Source: Armatimonadota bacterium
Lineage (GTDB): Bacteria; Armatimonadota; Fimbriimonadia; Fimbriimonadales; Fimbriimonadaceae
DNA length: 64,000 nucleotides
Direction of reading: 5' to 3'
NCBI GenBank assembly: GCA_031400935.1
Contig: JANNQV010000065.1
Span: forward strand, 62,001-126,000
Part shown: in pieces, positions 29,227-38,755 of the stretch
Layout: each line of letters begins with the position of its first letter
How positions within the stretch are numbered: the first letter of the stretch is position 1
Notes under the pieces: generated by a model
The model's input: the letters and a program-made list of their open reading frames with translations, nothing else
Told to the model about the DNA's origin: nothing
The model's database searches: none
Position numbers and translations under genes: made by a program

Positions 29227-29966
29227 AGCTTTACTCCTAGGAAAATGCAGATATTTCCGAAAAACAGGTCGGTACAAGTTACGTCAGCAAAACCAGCAGC
29301 CTTCATTTGGCCGCAAATTTGATCTCTCGTCCCAAACGTTTTCACACTTTCTGGCAAGTACTTGTATGCAGACCCCTTGCCAAGAATCCGGCCCAAGGTT
29401 GGCAATCCAAACTTATTTACTATATTTGCGGCCCCGCGAATCAATGGATTTTGAGGAATTGAGCAGTCCAAGGAAACAAATCTGCCTCCCGACTTCAGCA
29501 ACCGAAAAATCTCTTGATGTGCCGAATCCAAATCGGCGACATTCCTCATTCCCCAACCAACAGTAACCGCATTGACAGAATTGGAGGCGATGGGAATTCG
29601 GCAAGCATCGCCAACCGCCAAAAGAGTTGCCAATTTGTCTTCAGATATTTTTGGCAAGCATAATTCAAGCATCGGCTTGCAAAAATCAATCCCGAAAATC
29701 CGTCCATCTGAACCTACAGCATCGCGCAATGGCTTCAGAAAATCTCCAGTGCCGGTACATAAATCTACAACTGTGTCGCCTTTTGAAAGTGCCAACTGCT
29801 GAACCGCAAAATTCCGCCAGCGATGATGCAATCGGAGCGACATGACCCCATTCATTCGATCGTAAACCGGTGCGATTTCGGCAAACATTTGGTGGACAAA
29901 CGTTCGCCGTTCATCGCCAGATGTGTTCCAAGGTTTCGCGGAAGTTGATCGTCCTGCCATGCCCAT
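29223..29966 (-). CDS. ubiE: Demethylmenaquinone methyltransferase (UbiE/MenG)
   Basis: MFAEIAPVYDRMN..MS...H..W, DLCTGTGD, GMRNV, YKYLPESV; start uncertain (29966 or 29960). Confidence 0.9.
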   Translation of the reverse strand: MGMAGRSTSAKPWNTSGDERRTFVHQMFAEIAPVYDRMNGVMSLRLHHRWRNFAVQQLALSKGDTVVDLCTGTGDFLKPLRDAVGSDGRIFGIDFCKPMLELCLPKISEDKLATLLAVGDACRIPIASNSVNAVTVGWGMRNVADLDSAHQEIFRLLKSGGRFVSLDCSIPQNPLIRGAANIVNKFGLPTLGRILGKGSAYKYLPESVKTFGTRDQICGQMKAAGFADVTCTDLFFGNICIFLGVKL

Positions 29967-30029
29967 TTGATTTAACCTGATTGACGATATAGAAATTACG
30001 AAAATTTCAAGAATTGTTGAAAATTCAAT

Positions 30030-30043
30030 TGTTAGTATACAAA
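30030..30043 (+). promoter_or_regulatory. Putative extended -10 promoter overlapped by a motif shared with the lexA promoter
   Basis: TG-T-TAGTAT; TAGTATACAAA (30033-30043) vs TAGTAGACAAA (54988-54998). Confidence 0.35.
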
Positions 30044-30082
30044 GTTCGGTTGACTGCTGTGTTATCGCCCATCGAACGGAGC

Positions 30083-31417
30083 ATGACTTCATTTCTCAAG
30101 GCAATGGCGCCAATTTGGAAACCGCATCCTGGCCAAACGGCATTTTTGAAGTCGAATTCACCGATCAAAGTGCTCGCTTGCGGTCGGCGATGGGGAAAGA
30201 CAGATGCATGCGCGGCGGAAGTCATTCGCTCGTTAACCACAAAACCTGACGGAAAGCACTTGCTCATTGCTCCGACTTTGGATCAGGCAACGATCCTATT
30301 TGACCGTGTGGTTGAACTTCTCGATTCCTTGAAGGAAATCTGGCCATTTGGAAGTCAGATTCCCGAAATGTCCATTCGCAGAACACCATATCCCAAACTT
30401 CGGTTCGGCGACCATCAGTTGAGCGCAAGATCGGGTCATGTTGGACGTTCGCTTCGAGGCAATGAGGCCAATCATATCGTGATTGACGAAGCTGCATTTG
30501 TTCCTGAAGAGTTGATCACCGAGATTGCGATGCCGATGCTTGCCACCACTAAAGGTACTTTGACCATGATTAGCACGCCTAGGGGAATGAACCATTTTTG
30601 GCGGTTCTTTCGGATGGGGCAAGAAGGCAGGAATCGCGTTTGGAGCCGAACGGCGCACTCAGCGGAATCTCCGTTTGTTTCCAAATCGTTCTTAGAGACC
30701 CAAAGAGATTTGATAAGCGAACGCGCCTATCGAATCGAATATGAAGCTGAATTCTGCGATTCGGAAGGGCGAGTATTTAGAACGGAAACGATTGAGCGAG
30801 CACTCGTTCCCTCAATGGATCGAAAGACTGATGCCCCCATTTGCATTGGAATTGACTGGGCACGATATACGGATTATTCAGCGGTAACAGTGGTTGCCGG
30901 GCATCGAAATGACGCTCAGTTATGGGAAACCGACCGATTTCATGGCCTGGCATGGGCACAGCAGATTGAGCGAGTTGGAAGGATTCTGGAAAGGTTTCCA
31001 AATGCCTCAGTTTTCTGCGATGCGACTGGAATTGGCGATCCGCTCCTTGAGATGCTTCGCGACCGCTTTACAACCTACTCGATCACTGGAACGACGTTTA
31101 CGGCAAGTTCAAAGGCGTTGCTAATTGATCGCTTGGCTTGGATGTTTGAAAACGATGCCCTTGTAATGGAGCCCCAACCCGATTTGATGCGGGAACTGCA
31201 ACATTTTGAATCCAAGGTGTCGAGTTCAGGAAACACGAAATTGGCGGCTGCACAGGGATTTCACGATGACTTGATCATGTCGCTCTCTTTGGCTTGCCAA
31301 GGTTGGAGGCAATCCTATTTTCCGGCAATACAACTTGGCGGCGAACGAGAGTTCAGCAAGAATCGCAAAAAACGAAATCAACGAATTGAGATTGAAAACA
31401 GCAAGAGGAAAAACTAA
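30083..31417 (+). CDS. Phage terminase large subunit (Terminase_6-like)
   Basis: PHPGQ, Walker A GRRWGKT, Walker B IVIDEAAF, ISTP coupling motif, RNase H-fold residues IGIDWA / FCDATG / HDDLIMS; start at 30083 or 30104. Confidence 0.92.
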   Translation: MTSFLKAMAPIWKPHPGQTAFLKSNSPIKVLACGRRWGKTDACAAEVIRSLTTKPDGKHLLIAPTLDQATILFDRVVELLDSLKEIWPFGSQIPEMSIRRTPYPKLRFGDHQLSARSGHVGRSLRGNEANHIVIDEAAFVPEELITEIAMPMLATTKGTLTMISTPRGMNHFWRFFRMGQEGRNRVWSRTAHSAESPFVSKSFLETQRDLISERAYRIEYEAEFCDSEGRVFRTETIERALVPSMDRKTDAPICIGIDWARYTDYSAVTVVAGHRNDAQLWETDRFHGLAWAQQIERVGRILERFPNASVFCDATGIGDPLLEMLRDRFTTYSITGTTFTASSKALLIDRLAWMFENDALVMEPQPDLMRELQHFESKVSSSGNTKLAAAQGFHDDLIMSLSLACQGWRQSYFPAIQLGGEREFSKNRKKRNQRIEIENSKRKN

Positions 31418-32508
31418 TGGCAAAGATATGGTCTTCATTTTCTCGCCGCAAAAAGCGGCTTGAACGAGAGGTGGCACCCCACCTGAATTTGGCTCAACGG
31501 ATGTCCCTCGAACAACCCGGCGTTCCTCCAAACGGACTCGCCTACTCGGTTTACGAACAGATGCAACAGGATGCAATGGTGCAGACTTCGCTTACATTGA
31601 AGAAGCTAGGGGCAATGGCACCTGAGTTCAAAATTGAAACCGATTCGGATTCAGATGAGGGGCAACGCCGTATTAATTTTGTGCTTGAAAATTTTGAGCA
31701 TATGAACGGTTCGCCGCATACGATTTTGCATCATGCGATGGACGCATTTGCCAAAGGCTGGTCTGTTCAAGAACTGATTTGGGAGGAGCGCAATGGCAAA
31801 ATCTGGCTAAGCGAAGTGAAAGCAAAGGACCCTAGCGTGTTTGGAATCGAAGCAGACGGTTATGGAAATGTCCAGTCGCTTCGCTTGCAGGTTCCTGGGG
31901 AAACGCAGCGGGAAGTGCCGAGCAGCAAGTTCGTGATCTATTCAAACCGGAGCAACTACTTGTTGCCAAAGGGAAAGAGCGATCTTGACGCGGCGTATCT
32001 TCACTGGAAGTACAAGCAATCGTTGCTAGGAGCTTGGAAGCTGCACTTGGAGCGATTTGCTTCTCCAACTGTGCTTGGCAAGTTCGCTAGAGGACTTCCT
32101 GCTAACGATCAGGCTTCTATTTTGGGACAGCTTCGACAATTGCATCAAAATACGGCGATAGTTTTTCCTGAAGAAGTCTCGATAGACACGCTTCGATCCA
32201 ACGGCGAAGGAACAACTGCCTTTCTTGAAGCTATTGACTATCATAATCGGGAAATTGCTAGAGCCATTCTAGGGCAGACATTAACTACAGATGAGGGCAG
32301 ACGGGTAGGTTCGCTAGCACTTGGCAAAGTTCATTTGCAGGTGCTTCTGATGCAGCTTGAATCCGTTCGCCGCGAATTGGCCGATATCGTAATGACAGAG
32401 CAAATCATTCGGCCCATGATCGAGATGAACTTTGGCGCAGGACCAATTCCACGGTTCGTATTTGAAAAGGTCTCTCTCAGTTCTTTCACAACCGGTGAAC
32501 TTAGCTAG
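31417..32508 (+). CDS. Phage portal protein, DUF935 (Mu gp29-like)
   Basis: DA..KGWSVQELIW, W..HLERFASP...GK, EIARAILGQTLT, GSLALGKVH, IIRPMIEMNFG; TAATG coupling with the terminase. Confidence 0.88.
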   Translation: MAKIWSSFSRRKKRLEREVAPHLNLAQRMSLEQPGVPPNGLAYSVYEQMQQDAMVQTSLTLKKLGAMAPEFKIETDSDSDEGQRRINFVLENFEHMNGSPHTILHHAMDAFAKGWSVQELIWEERNGKIWLSEVKAKDPSVFGIEADGYGNVQSLRLQVPGETQREVPSSKFVIYSNRSNYLLPKGKSDLDAAYLHWKYKQSLLGAWKLHLERFASPTVLGKFARGLPANDQASILGQLRQLHQNTAIVFPEEVSIDTLRSNGEGTTAFLEAIDYHNREIARAILGQTLTTDEGRRVGSLALGKVHLQVLLMQLESVRRELADIVMTEQIIRPMIEMNFGAGPIPRFVFEKVSLSSFTTGELS

Positions 32509-32528
32509 CCAGTGAAAATACTGGGCTA

Positions 32529-32558
32529 TTGCAAAAAACGTTGGAACTTTGCTATTCT
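32529..32558 (+). promoter_or_regulatory. Sigma70-type promoter of the secreted-protein gene
   Basis: TTGCAA-18 nt-TATTCT with TGn extension; AGGAG RBS at 32577. Confidence 0.5.
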
Positions 32559-32591
32559 CGCGCTAGACTAATAGGCAGGAGCTGTTTTTTT

Positions 32592-33887
32592 ATGCGACGA
32601 TTATTATTTGCTTCACTGTTTGCAATAGCTGGAATGGCTGTGGCTTACGATCCTGATCCATTGGGCGGATTCTTTACTGTTCAACATGGAAAAATCCGCC
32701 AAGCTGATGGTTCATATAGAGACATTTCTGGATTGAAAATACCGTTTACTGTCGAACCTGTTGGCAAGACGATTTGGAGGGGATATAAACCCTCAAGCTA
32801 TCGTCCCGGAGGAGAAAGCGACTCCCTACAAAAATGCTACGAAAATGACCGGCCAAACTTCTATTTCGGCAATGGATTACCTCAGCCTAGTGCTCTTGAT
32901 GATCTAACAACCAGCGGAATCGCTGTTGGAGCCGTTTGGCAGCGGCTAACTGTTGGCTGGTCCATCCCAAATCGAACAATTCCGTTTATAGTTTGGGGTG
33001 CTTACGATACGTTTTTGGGAGATATGGGCCCCGGTAACAGTGCATTTTCAAACCTCGTCGTAGATTCGTTTGGTGGACCGTTCACCCAGGTAGTTAATAC
33101 AACGATTTTCCCGCAAGTGCCTGGCGACTACATGATCACGTTTAACATCGCTGCGGCTGGCATTGTTCAAACCGACGATTCAATCTTCTTCTTCCAGCAA
33201 TTTCGGTCGGGCAACCATCTAGGGCCATTTCGAGACGATTGGGCTTGCTTTTTTTCGGGAGGTGGAGTGCCACAAATCGGTTCGAGCGAAGATCAATTCT
33301 GGTTTGACGACCCTGCGGATGGCATCTACGAATTCATGGAAGTTGATCTCTTCAATGCTGAAGGAGCAACGGACTTCCCAGCAAATTTTGCAATGAAATT
33401 GGAAGTAGATTCAAACTCAACACTGAGCGAGTTACCAGCGGCTGAGGTGCGAGTGATTGCCGGTACTGTCACTTCGGGAAATTACGTGAGCACGTGGAGC
33501 AGCAACAATGTGTACTTTACGATTAATACCGGAAGAACTAGAGGAATTGTCGTTTGGCCGATTGCGGTCGAATTCAAGACGTTTGCTCCGTCAGCCACCC
33601 TTCTGAGCCTTCAGGCGTTTCTTGAAGTTGGATCGAGTGCTGCCGGCCAAGATTTGCAGGTCTCGCTGTGGAATTACACCCTCGGAACTTGGACGCAATT
33701 GGACCTGGAGCAAACCACATTGGCAGACCAAACAATCACAAGGGTAATTGGAATCGGCCCGAGCCAATACGTGCATCCCTCGTCGCTTGAAATGAAAATG
33801 CTTGTCCGTGCGAAACCAGGCGGGAGCAGCCCCCGAACCTGGAACCTGAAAACTGACATGGTTAAGTGGCGAGTTTCGACGCTGTAA
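32592..33887 (+). CDS. Secreted beta-rich hypothetical protein
   Basis: Signal peptide MRRLLFASLFAIAGMAVA; aromatic/Gly/Asp-rich body; beta-sandwich-like C-terminal domain. Confidence 0.75.
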   Translation: MRRLLFASLFAIAGMAVAYDPDPLGGFFTVQHGKIRQADGSYRDISGLKIPFTVEPVGKTIWRGYKPSSYRPGGESDSLQKCYENDRPNFYFGNGLPQPSALDDLTTSGIAVGAVWQRLTVGWSIPNRTIPFIVWGAYDTFLGDMGPGNSAFSNLVVDSFGGPFTQVVNTTIFPQVPGDYMITFNIAAAGIVQTDDSIFFFQQFRSGNHLGPFRDDWACFFSGGGVPQIGSSEDQFWFDDPADGIYEFMEVDLFNAEGATDFPANFAMKLEVDSNSTLSELPAAEVRVIAGTVTSGNYVSTWSSNNVYFTINTGRTRGIVVWPIAVEFKTFAPSATLLSLQAFLEVGSSAAGQDLQVSLWNYTLGTWTQLDLEQTTLADQTITRVIGIGPSQYVHPSSLEMKMLVRAKPGGSSPRTWNLKTDMVKWRVSTL

Positions 33888-33897
33888 CTGGTTGATC

Positions 33898-33961
33898 GGA
33901 AAAAGGAAAAGGGAAAAAGGATAACGAAACACGTTTTTCCTTTTTCATTTTCTTTTTTCCG
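33898..33961. repeat. Purine/pyrimidine bipartite inverted microsatellite between convergent genes
   Basis: A/G-rich GGAAAA-type units followed by complementary TTTTCC-type units. Confidence 0.7.
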
Positions 33962-33995
33962 TGTTCAAGAAACTGATTCATAGGCAGCCGCTAAA

Positions 33996-34958
33996 TTACT
34001 TTCGTTGCGTTACAGCAAATTGGCTCATGTACTTTTGACAGCAAGCTTTCACCCGGTTTCGTACCCGATTGATGTATACCGCGCGTTCAGAAACGGAGAT
34101 TGCACCTCTTGCATCTAGTAAATTGAACAAGTGCGAACATTTGAGCGCAAGATCAAAAGCTGGAAAAACCAATGCTAGCGGCCCCGCTTTTTGAACGACT
34201 CCCTCGGCTTCTACCTCAGACAGAGCTGGCTGTTCGCTGGAGGTCATGATTCCCTGTTCACGGTCCCAAAAAACCTCAGTCTCGATTACCCTTTTTGATT
34301 CCGCTTCATAAAGGTCAAAAAGCTGTCGCAAAAGGTTGGTGTCTGCAATCTCGAAATTGTAAACGTTATGCTGCATTTCCAGCTGAAAGTCAACTTCACG
34401 GTAGCTCAATGTGTCATTCCACATCAGGTCTTCCCAAAATGAATTCTGCTTGCTGACCATTAGGCAAAGCCGTTCTGGGCCGTAGGTGATCTCTGCGCAG
34501 ACCGGATTGCATTCGATACCACCCATTTGTTGGAAGAATGTGAACTGAGTGATTTCGGTGCCATCGAGCCAGACTTCCCAACCCACTCCGCTTGCTCCTG
34601 CCGCTTGGTCTTCCCAATCATCTTCTACAAGCCGGACATCGTGCTTGCTCGTGTCAAATCCCAATGCATCAAGCGAACCCATATAAAGGTCTACGATGTT
34701 GTCTGGGCTCGGCTTCATTATCACTTGGTATTGGTAGTACCGTTGGCTCCGCTGTGGGTTACGAGTATATCGACCATCTGCTGGCCTGCGGCTTGGCTGG
34801 ACGTAAGCTACATTCCAAGGATTCGGCCCTAAAACTTTGAGCGCGGTGGCTGGATGCTTTGTTCCGGCACCAACTTCGGTGTCGTACCCTTGCAATATGG
34901 CGCAACCTTGCTTCGACCAATAGTCGTTGAGTTGGAAGACAATGTTTTGGAACGTCAT
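33996..34958 (-). CDS. glyQ: Glycine--tRNA ligase alpha subunit
   Basis: MTFQ..., AYVQPSRRPADGRY, YYQYQV, GWEVWLDG.EITQFT.FQQ, KCSHLFNLLDARGAISV. Confidence 0.96.
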   Translation of the reverse strand: MTFQNIVFQLNDYWSKQGCAILQGYDTEVGAGTKHPATALKVLGPNPWNVAYVQPSRRPADGRYTRNPQRSQRYYQYQVIMKPSPDNIVDLYMGSLDALGFDTSKHDVRLVEDDWEDQAAGASGVGWEVWLDGTEITQFTFFQQMGGIECNPVCAEITYGPERLCLMVSKQNSFWEDLMWNDTLSYREVDFQLEMQHNVYNFEIADTNLLRQLFDLYEAESKRVIETEVFWDREQGIMTSSEQPALSEVEAEGVVQKAGPLALVFPAFDLALKCSHLFNLLDARGAISVSERAVYINRVRNRVKACCQKYMSQFAVTQRK

Positions 34959-35122
34959 GAACTGAAAGAGAATACCTTTCAGTCTCGCTCTAACTTAGAC
35001 TAGGGTGGAACGAGTCCCAGCTTGCTTATAAGGCCAGTACAAATAATCCGTATCTATGACAGTGCCTCCAGGCTGCTCGACGACCAGTGCGATATGCCCT
35101 CGATGATAGAATCCATGGGTTG

Positions 35123-35971
35123 CTATTGAGAATTGTCATGAATGGTTTTGCGATGCAGACTAGCCACAACAGCAAAGCAAACAACAAGCAAGCACCATGC
35201 CGTGAATTTGCCTGGGTCAACCCAAGTCCAGCCATCTTTCTGATATGGGTATTGGTAACCACCTAGAGCTGAGCAGATATGTTCTGCAAACCAAACGAAG
35301 AGTCCCAACAGAAAGAAAGTAGCATTGAGAGGGAGCTTGAAGCGACGATCAATATTGATGAAGGTTACTTTCGTGCTCCAAAAGATAGAAACTACGAGGA
35401 GGACTACGAACCATCGGCTCTCTGTCCAGAACTTGTTTAGGAAGAAGTTCATATAGATAACAATGCTGATAGCAAGAATCCACTTCCAATTGGGATAGTT
35501 CTCAAGTTGAAGCTGAAAGTGCTTCCAGGCCTGAAGCATGTAGCTTGCTACGCTTGCATACATAAATCCTGAATAGACAGGCACAGAACCAAGACGCCAA
35601 TTCCCTGAGTCTGGATAGCTCCATGAGCCGTGATTCACCTTGTATATCTCTAAGCCCAATCCGCAAAGATGAAAGATTCCCAGCACGTAAATCTCGCGCA
35701 ACGATTCCAGTTTGGCGATAACAAGCAAAAGCTGAGCCGACAAACATGCGATGAAAATGAAGTCGTAACGCGCCAGTCCTGCATTCCAAAAACTCGAAGC
35801 TGCAATCGTTGCAAAGAGAAACAATGGGAAGAGGGCTGAACGAAAGTGAATTGCAACAAATGCAACCGCTTCGGCTACAACGGCACGACTCGCTTCGTTG
35901 AACTTGACTTGAAAGAAAGAGTGCATGAACGATCTCTGGAAGTAACACTTGAAACCCGCGAGAGATTCCAT
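35123..35971 (-). CDS. DUF817 family membrane protein
   Basis: RYDF, KLES..E, GSWSYP, VPVYSGFMYASVASY, Y.YP.Q..GW. Confidence 0.85.
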   Translation of the reverse strand: MESLAGFKCYFQRSFMHSFFQVKFNEASRAVVAEAVAFVAIHFRSALFPLFLFATIAASSFWNAGLARYDFIFIACLSAQLLLVIAKLESLREIYVLGIFHLCGLGLEIYKVNHGSWSYPDSGNWRLGSVPVYSGFMYASVASYMLQAWKHFQLQLENYPNWKWILAISIVIYMNFFLNKFWTESRWFVVLLVVSIFWSTKVTFINIDRRFKLPLNATFFLLGLFVWFAEHICSALGGYQYPYQKDGWTWVDPGKFTAWCLLVVCFAVVASLHRKTIHDNSQ

Positions 35972-36074
35972 GTGCCCTTTTTGAACCCTCAGTTCGATAG
36001 ACGGACTAGAAACTGAGATCCTCGCACTCCCTTTGCATGACCGTTACAGGTTTGATTCCAGGTAACTTCCCCAC

Positions 36075-38672
36075 ATGCCCGAAAAGCACCTCGTGATCAT
36101 TGACGGATTCAGCCTTTTGTTCCGCGCTTTTTTTGGCACGAGGTACCTCAGTACAAGCGACGGACGCCCTACTAATGCCCTTTTTGGCTTCACTGGAATG
36201 CTCTTTTACATTCTAGAAAATACTAAACCTGACGCCATCGTAATCGCTATGGATGCCCCAGGAAAGACATTTCGCCATGCCGAATACGCCGAATACAAGG
36301 GCACTCGAAGGGAAACCGACCCTGCGATGATCGCCCAAATTCCTCCCACCTATGAACTAATACGCGCTTTAGGAATTCCTCTGATCGAAATGGTTGGATA
36401 CGAAGCCGATGATGTTGTTGGTACTTTGAGTCTAAAAGCGGAAAAGAACGGCTATACCACAACAATCGTTTCTGGCGACCTCGATCAGCTCCAATTAGTA
36501 GATGAACACATTTCCGTTCTAACCACTCGCCAAGGGGTCACAGATACCGTAATTTATGATCCTGCAAGAGTTTTTGAGCGATACGGCGTGACACCCACAC
36601 AGCTTCCGGATTGGAAAGCGATAGTCGGAGATTCAAGCGACAATATTCCGGGAGTGCCCGGTATCGGGGAAAAGGGAGCGACCATCTTGATTCAGGCTCA
36701 CGGTAGCGCGGAGGGAATTCTGGAAGCGTTAGAAGGGGGCCAAGTCGAGCCGAAATTGGCTAAAAAGCTCACGCCAGAAGCTTGTGAACAACTAAGAAAA
36801 TCGAAATGGCTGACTACGATTGTTCGAGATGTGCCAGTCAAATACGATTTTGCCCCGTTCCAGGTAAATGCAACTCAGATCGAGGCTGCAAAGGCCTTCA
36901 TGGAATCTTTTGAGCTTCGGACACTTGGAAAGAGATCGGTTACTGTGCTCTCTGCGTACATGGAAGGTGGAGCCGTTGCTCCGCCAATGGAAGTTGTCGA
37001 AGAGTCAATTGCGATCAAGCAACGGGAAGAATCTGATCCGCAAAAACTGCTGAATTGGGTTGGGGATCGGCCCTACGCTTTGCTGTTTGAGGCGGCGATT
37101 GTCCAGGCTTCTATGTTCGATGAACCAGAACGAATTGCTTATATTGCGATTGGAAGCGAGGTCACAAAAACCACCGAATCGGCGGCACTAGTGGTTTTCA
37201 GCGAACGAACTAAGAATGCCATTGGTCACGACCTAAAACCGCTTTACAAGAAGATTAAGCGCACATTCACGCCTCCCAAATTCGATGCGATGTTGGCAGG
37301 ATATGTTTTGCAATCGGCAAGGTCGGGTTATGCGCTTCGAGACCTAGTTCAAGGCTATCTGGATATTGCGCCCCCCGGAACAATGGCCGACATGGCGGCG
37401 GCGTTAGTTCAGCTTGAAGCTGTTATGTCGGACCGCTTGGCCAAAGAAAGCCAAACCACTGTTCTAACAGAAATCGAGCAGCCGCTCATGCCAATTCTCG
37501 CGGAAATGGAGCAATGGGGGATTGCTCTGAATTCTAGCTATCTCGGCGAATTTTCAATAAAGTTAGCGACTGACATTGAATCTGTTGCCAAAAAGGTTTA
37601 TGAACTTGCTGGAATGGAATTCAACATAGGTTCTCCAAAACAGTTGGGCGAAGTGCTTTTTGACAAACTTCAGATTCCGGGCGAAAAGAAGACCAAGACA
37701 GGCTATGCGACTGGAGCAGAAATTCTTCAAACTCTCGCTCCGAACTATCCGATCTGCGCGGAAATCATGAATTACCGCGAACTCACAAAATTAAAGTCCA
37801 CCTACTCAGACGCACTGCCAAAAATGCTCTCCGAAGACGGAAGAATCCATACGACTTTCAACCAAACGGTCGCCGCAACTGGCAGATTGAGTTCCATTGA
37901 TCCCAATTTGCAGAACATCCCGATTCGCACAGAACTCGGAAGACAAATTCGGAAAGCATTTGTTCCTGCAAGCGGATTCGACCTAGCTTCATTTGATTAT
38001 TCACAGATCGAACTTCGAGTCCTTGCCCACATGTGCGGCGAGCCTGCGCTTGTCGAGGCGTTTTCGAAAGGCGAAGACATCCACGCTGCAACAGCTTCGC
38101 TGATGTTTCAGATTCCACAGGATGGAGTTAGCAAAGAGCAACGGCGGTACGCGAAGCTTTTGAATTTCGCTGTGCTTTATGGCGTCACCGATTTTGGATT
38201 GGCGAATCAGCTGGGCGGAGAGTTTTCGGTCTCTGACGCCAAGGCCCTTATCGCACAATACAATGAGCGGTTTCCAATGATAAAATCCTTTATGGAAGGC
38301 ATAGTGGCTGATGCAAAAACGAAAGGATTCACGACCACCCTTCGCGGAAGAAGACGATTTTTCCCCGATATCCATGCTCAAAATCGGAGCGAGAGAATGG
38401 GTGTCGAGCGTCAAGCTATGAACGCACCCTTGCAAGGAACAGCCGCCGACATGATTAAGGTTGCTATGATAGATGTTCGGAAACGCTTAGGCGTCGAAGC
38501 AACTCGAATGCTGCTTCAAGTCCATGATGAACTTGTTTTTGAAATGCCAGTTGCAAATCGAGAACTAGTCGAACCGCTGCGTTCAGTAATGGAAGACGCG
38601 CATCCTCTCAATGTTCCTGTCGTTGTTGAGGCAAAAATTGGAGGGGATTGGTTAGAAATGAAAGAAATTTGA
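36075..38672 (+). CDS. polA: DNA polymerase I
   Basis: 5'-3' exonuclease motifs (IDG, YKGTR, YEADD, GDSSDNIPGVPGIG); polymerase motifs DYSQIELR, AK..NF...YG, QVHDEL. The 3'-5' exonuclease region looks degenerate. Confidence 0.97.
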   Translation: MPEKHLVIIDGFSLLFRAFFGTRYLSTSDGRPTNALFGFTGMLFYILENTKPDAIVIAMDAPGKTFRHAEYAEYKGTRRETDPAMIAQIPPTYELIRALGIPLIEMVGYEADDVVGTLSLKAEKNGYTTTIVSGDLDQLQLVDEHISVLTTRQGVTDTVIYDPARVFERYGVTPTQLPDWKAIVGDSSDNIPGVPGIGEKGATILIQAHGSAEGILEALEGGQVEPKLAKKLTPEACEQLRKSKWLTTIVRDVPVKYDFAPFQVNATQIEAAKAFMESFELRTLGKRSVTVLSAYMEGGAVAPPMEVVEESIAIKQREESDPQKLLNWVGDRPYALLFEAAIVQASMFDEPERIAYIAIGSEVTKTTESAALVVFSERTKNAIGHDLKPLYKKIKRTFTPPKFDAMLAGYVLQSARSGYALRDLVQGYLDIAPPGTMADMAAALVQLEAVMSDRLAKESQTTVLTEIEQPLMPILAEMEQWGIALNSSYLGEFSIKLATDIESVAKKVYELAGMEFNIGSPKQLGEVLFDKLQIPGEKKTKTGYATGAEILQTLAPNYPICAEIMNYRELTKLKSTYSDALPKMLSEDGRIHTTFNQTVAATGRLSSIDPNLQNIPIRTELGRQIRKAFVPASGFDLASFDYSQIELRVLAHMCGEPALVEAFSKGEDIHAATASLMFQIPQDGVSKEQRRYAKLLNFAVLYGVTDFGLANQLGGEFSVSDAKALIAQYNERFPMIKSFMEGIVADAKTKGFTTTLRGRRRFFPDIHAQNRSERMGVERQAMNAPLQGTAADMIKVAMIDVRKRLGVEATRMLLQVHDELVFEMPVANRELVEPLRSVMEDAHPLNVPVVVEAKIGGDWLEMKEI

Positions 38673-38755
38673 TGAGCGAATGGAGCGCGGAGCTACTTGT
38701 TCGCATAGTATTCAAGTTTGTCGCAACTAAGCTCCGTATTCTGGTACCTGGACGT

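Noticed and set aside
30083..33887. Intact prophage
   Set aside because: No integrase, att sites, capsid, tail or lysis genes were seen, and the flanks are core genes.
38680..38740. Possible further REP copy between polA and cinA
   Set aside because: Only a short GCGGAGCT/AGCTCCGT pairing; too degenerate to assign.
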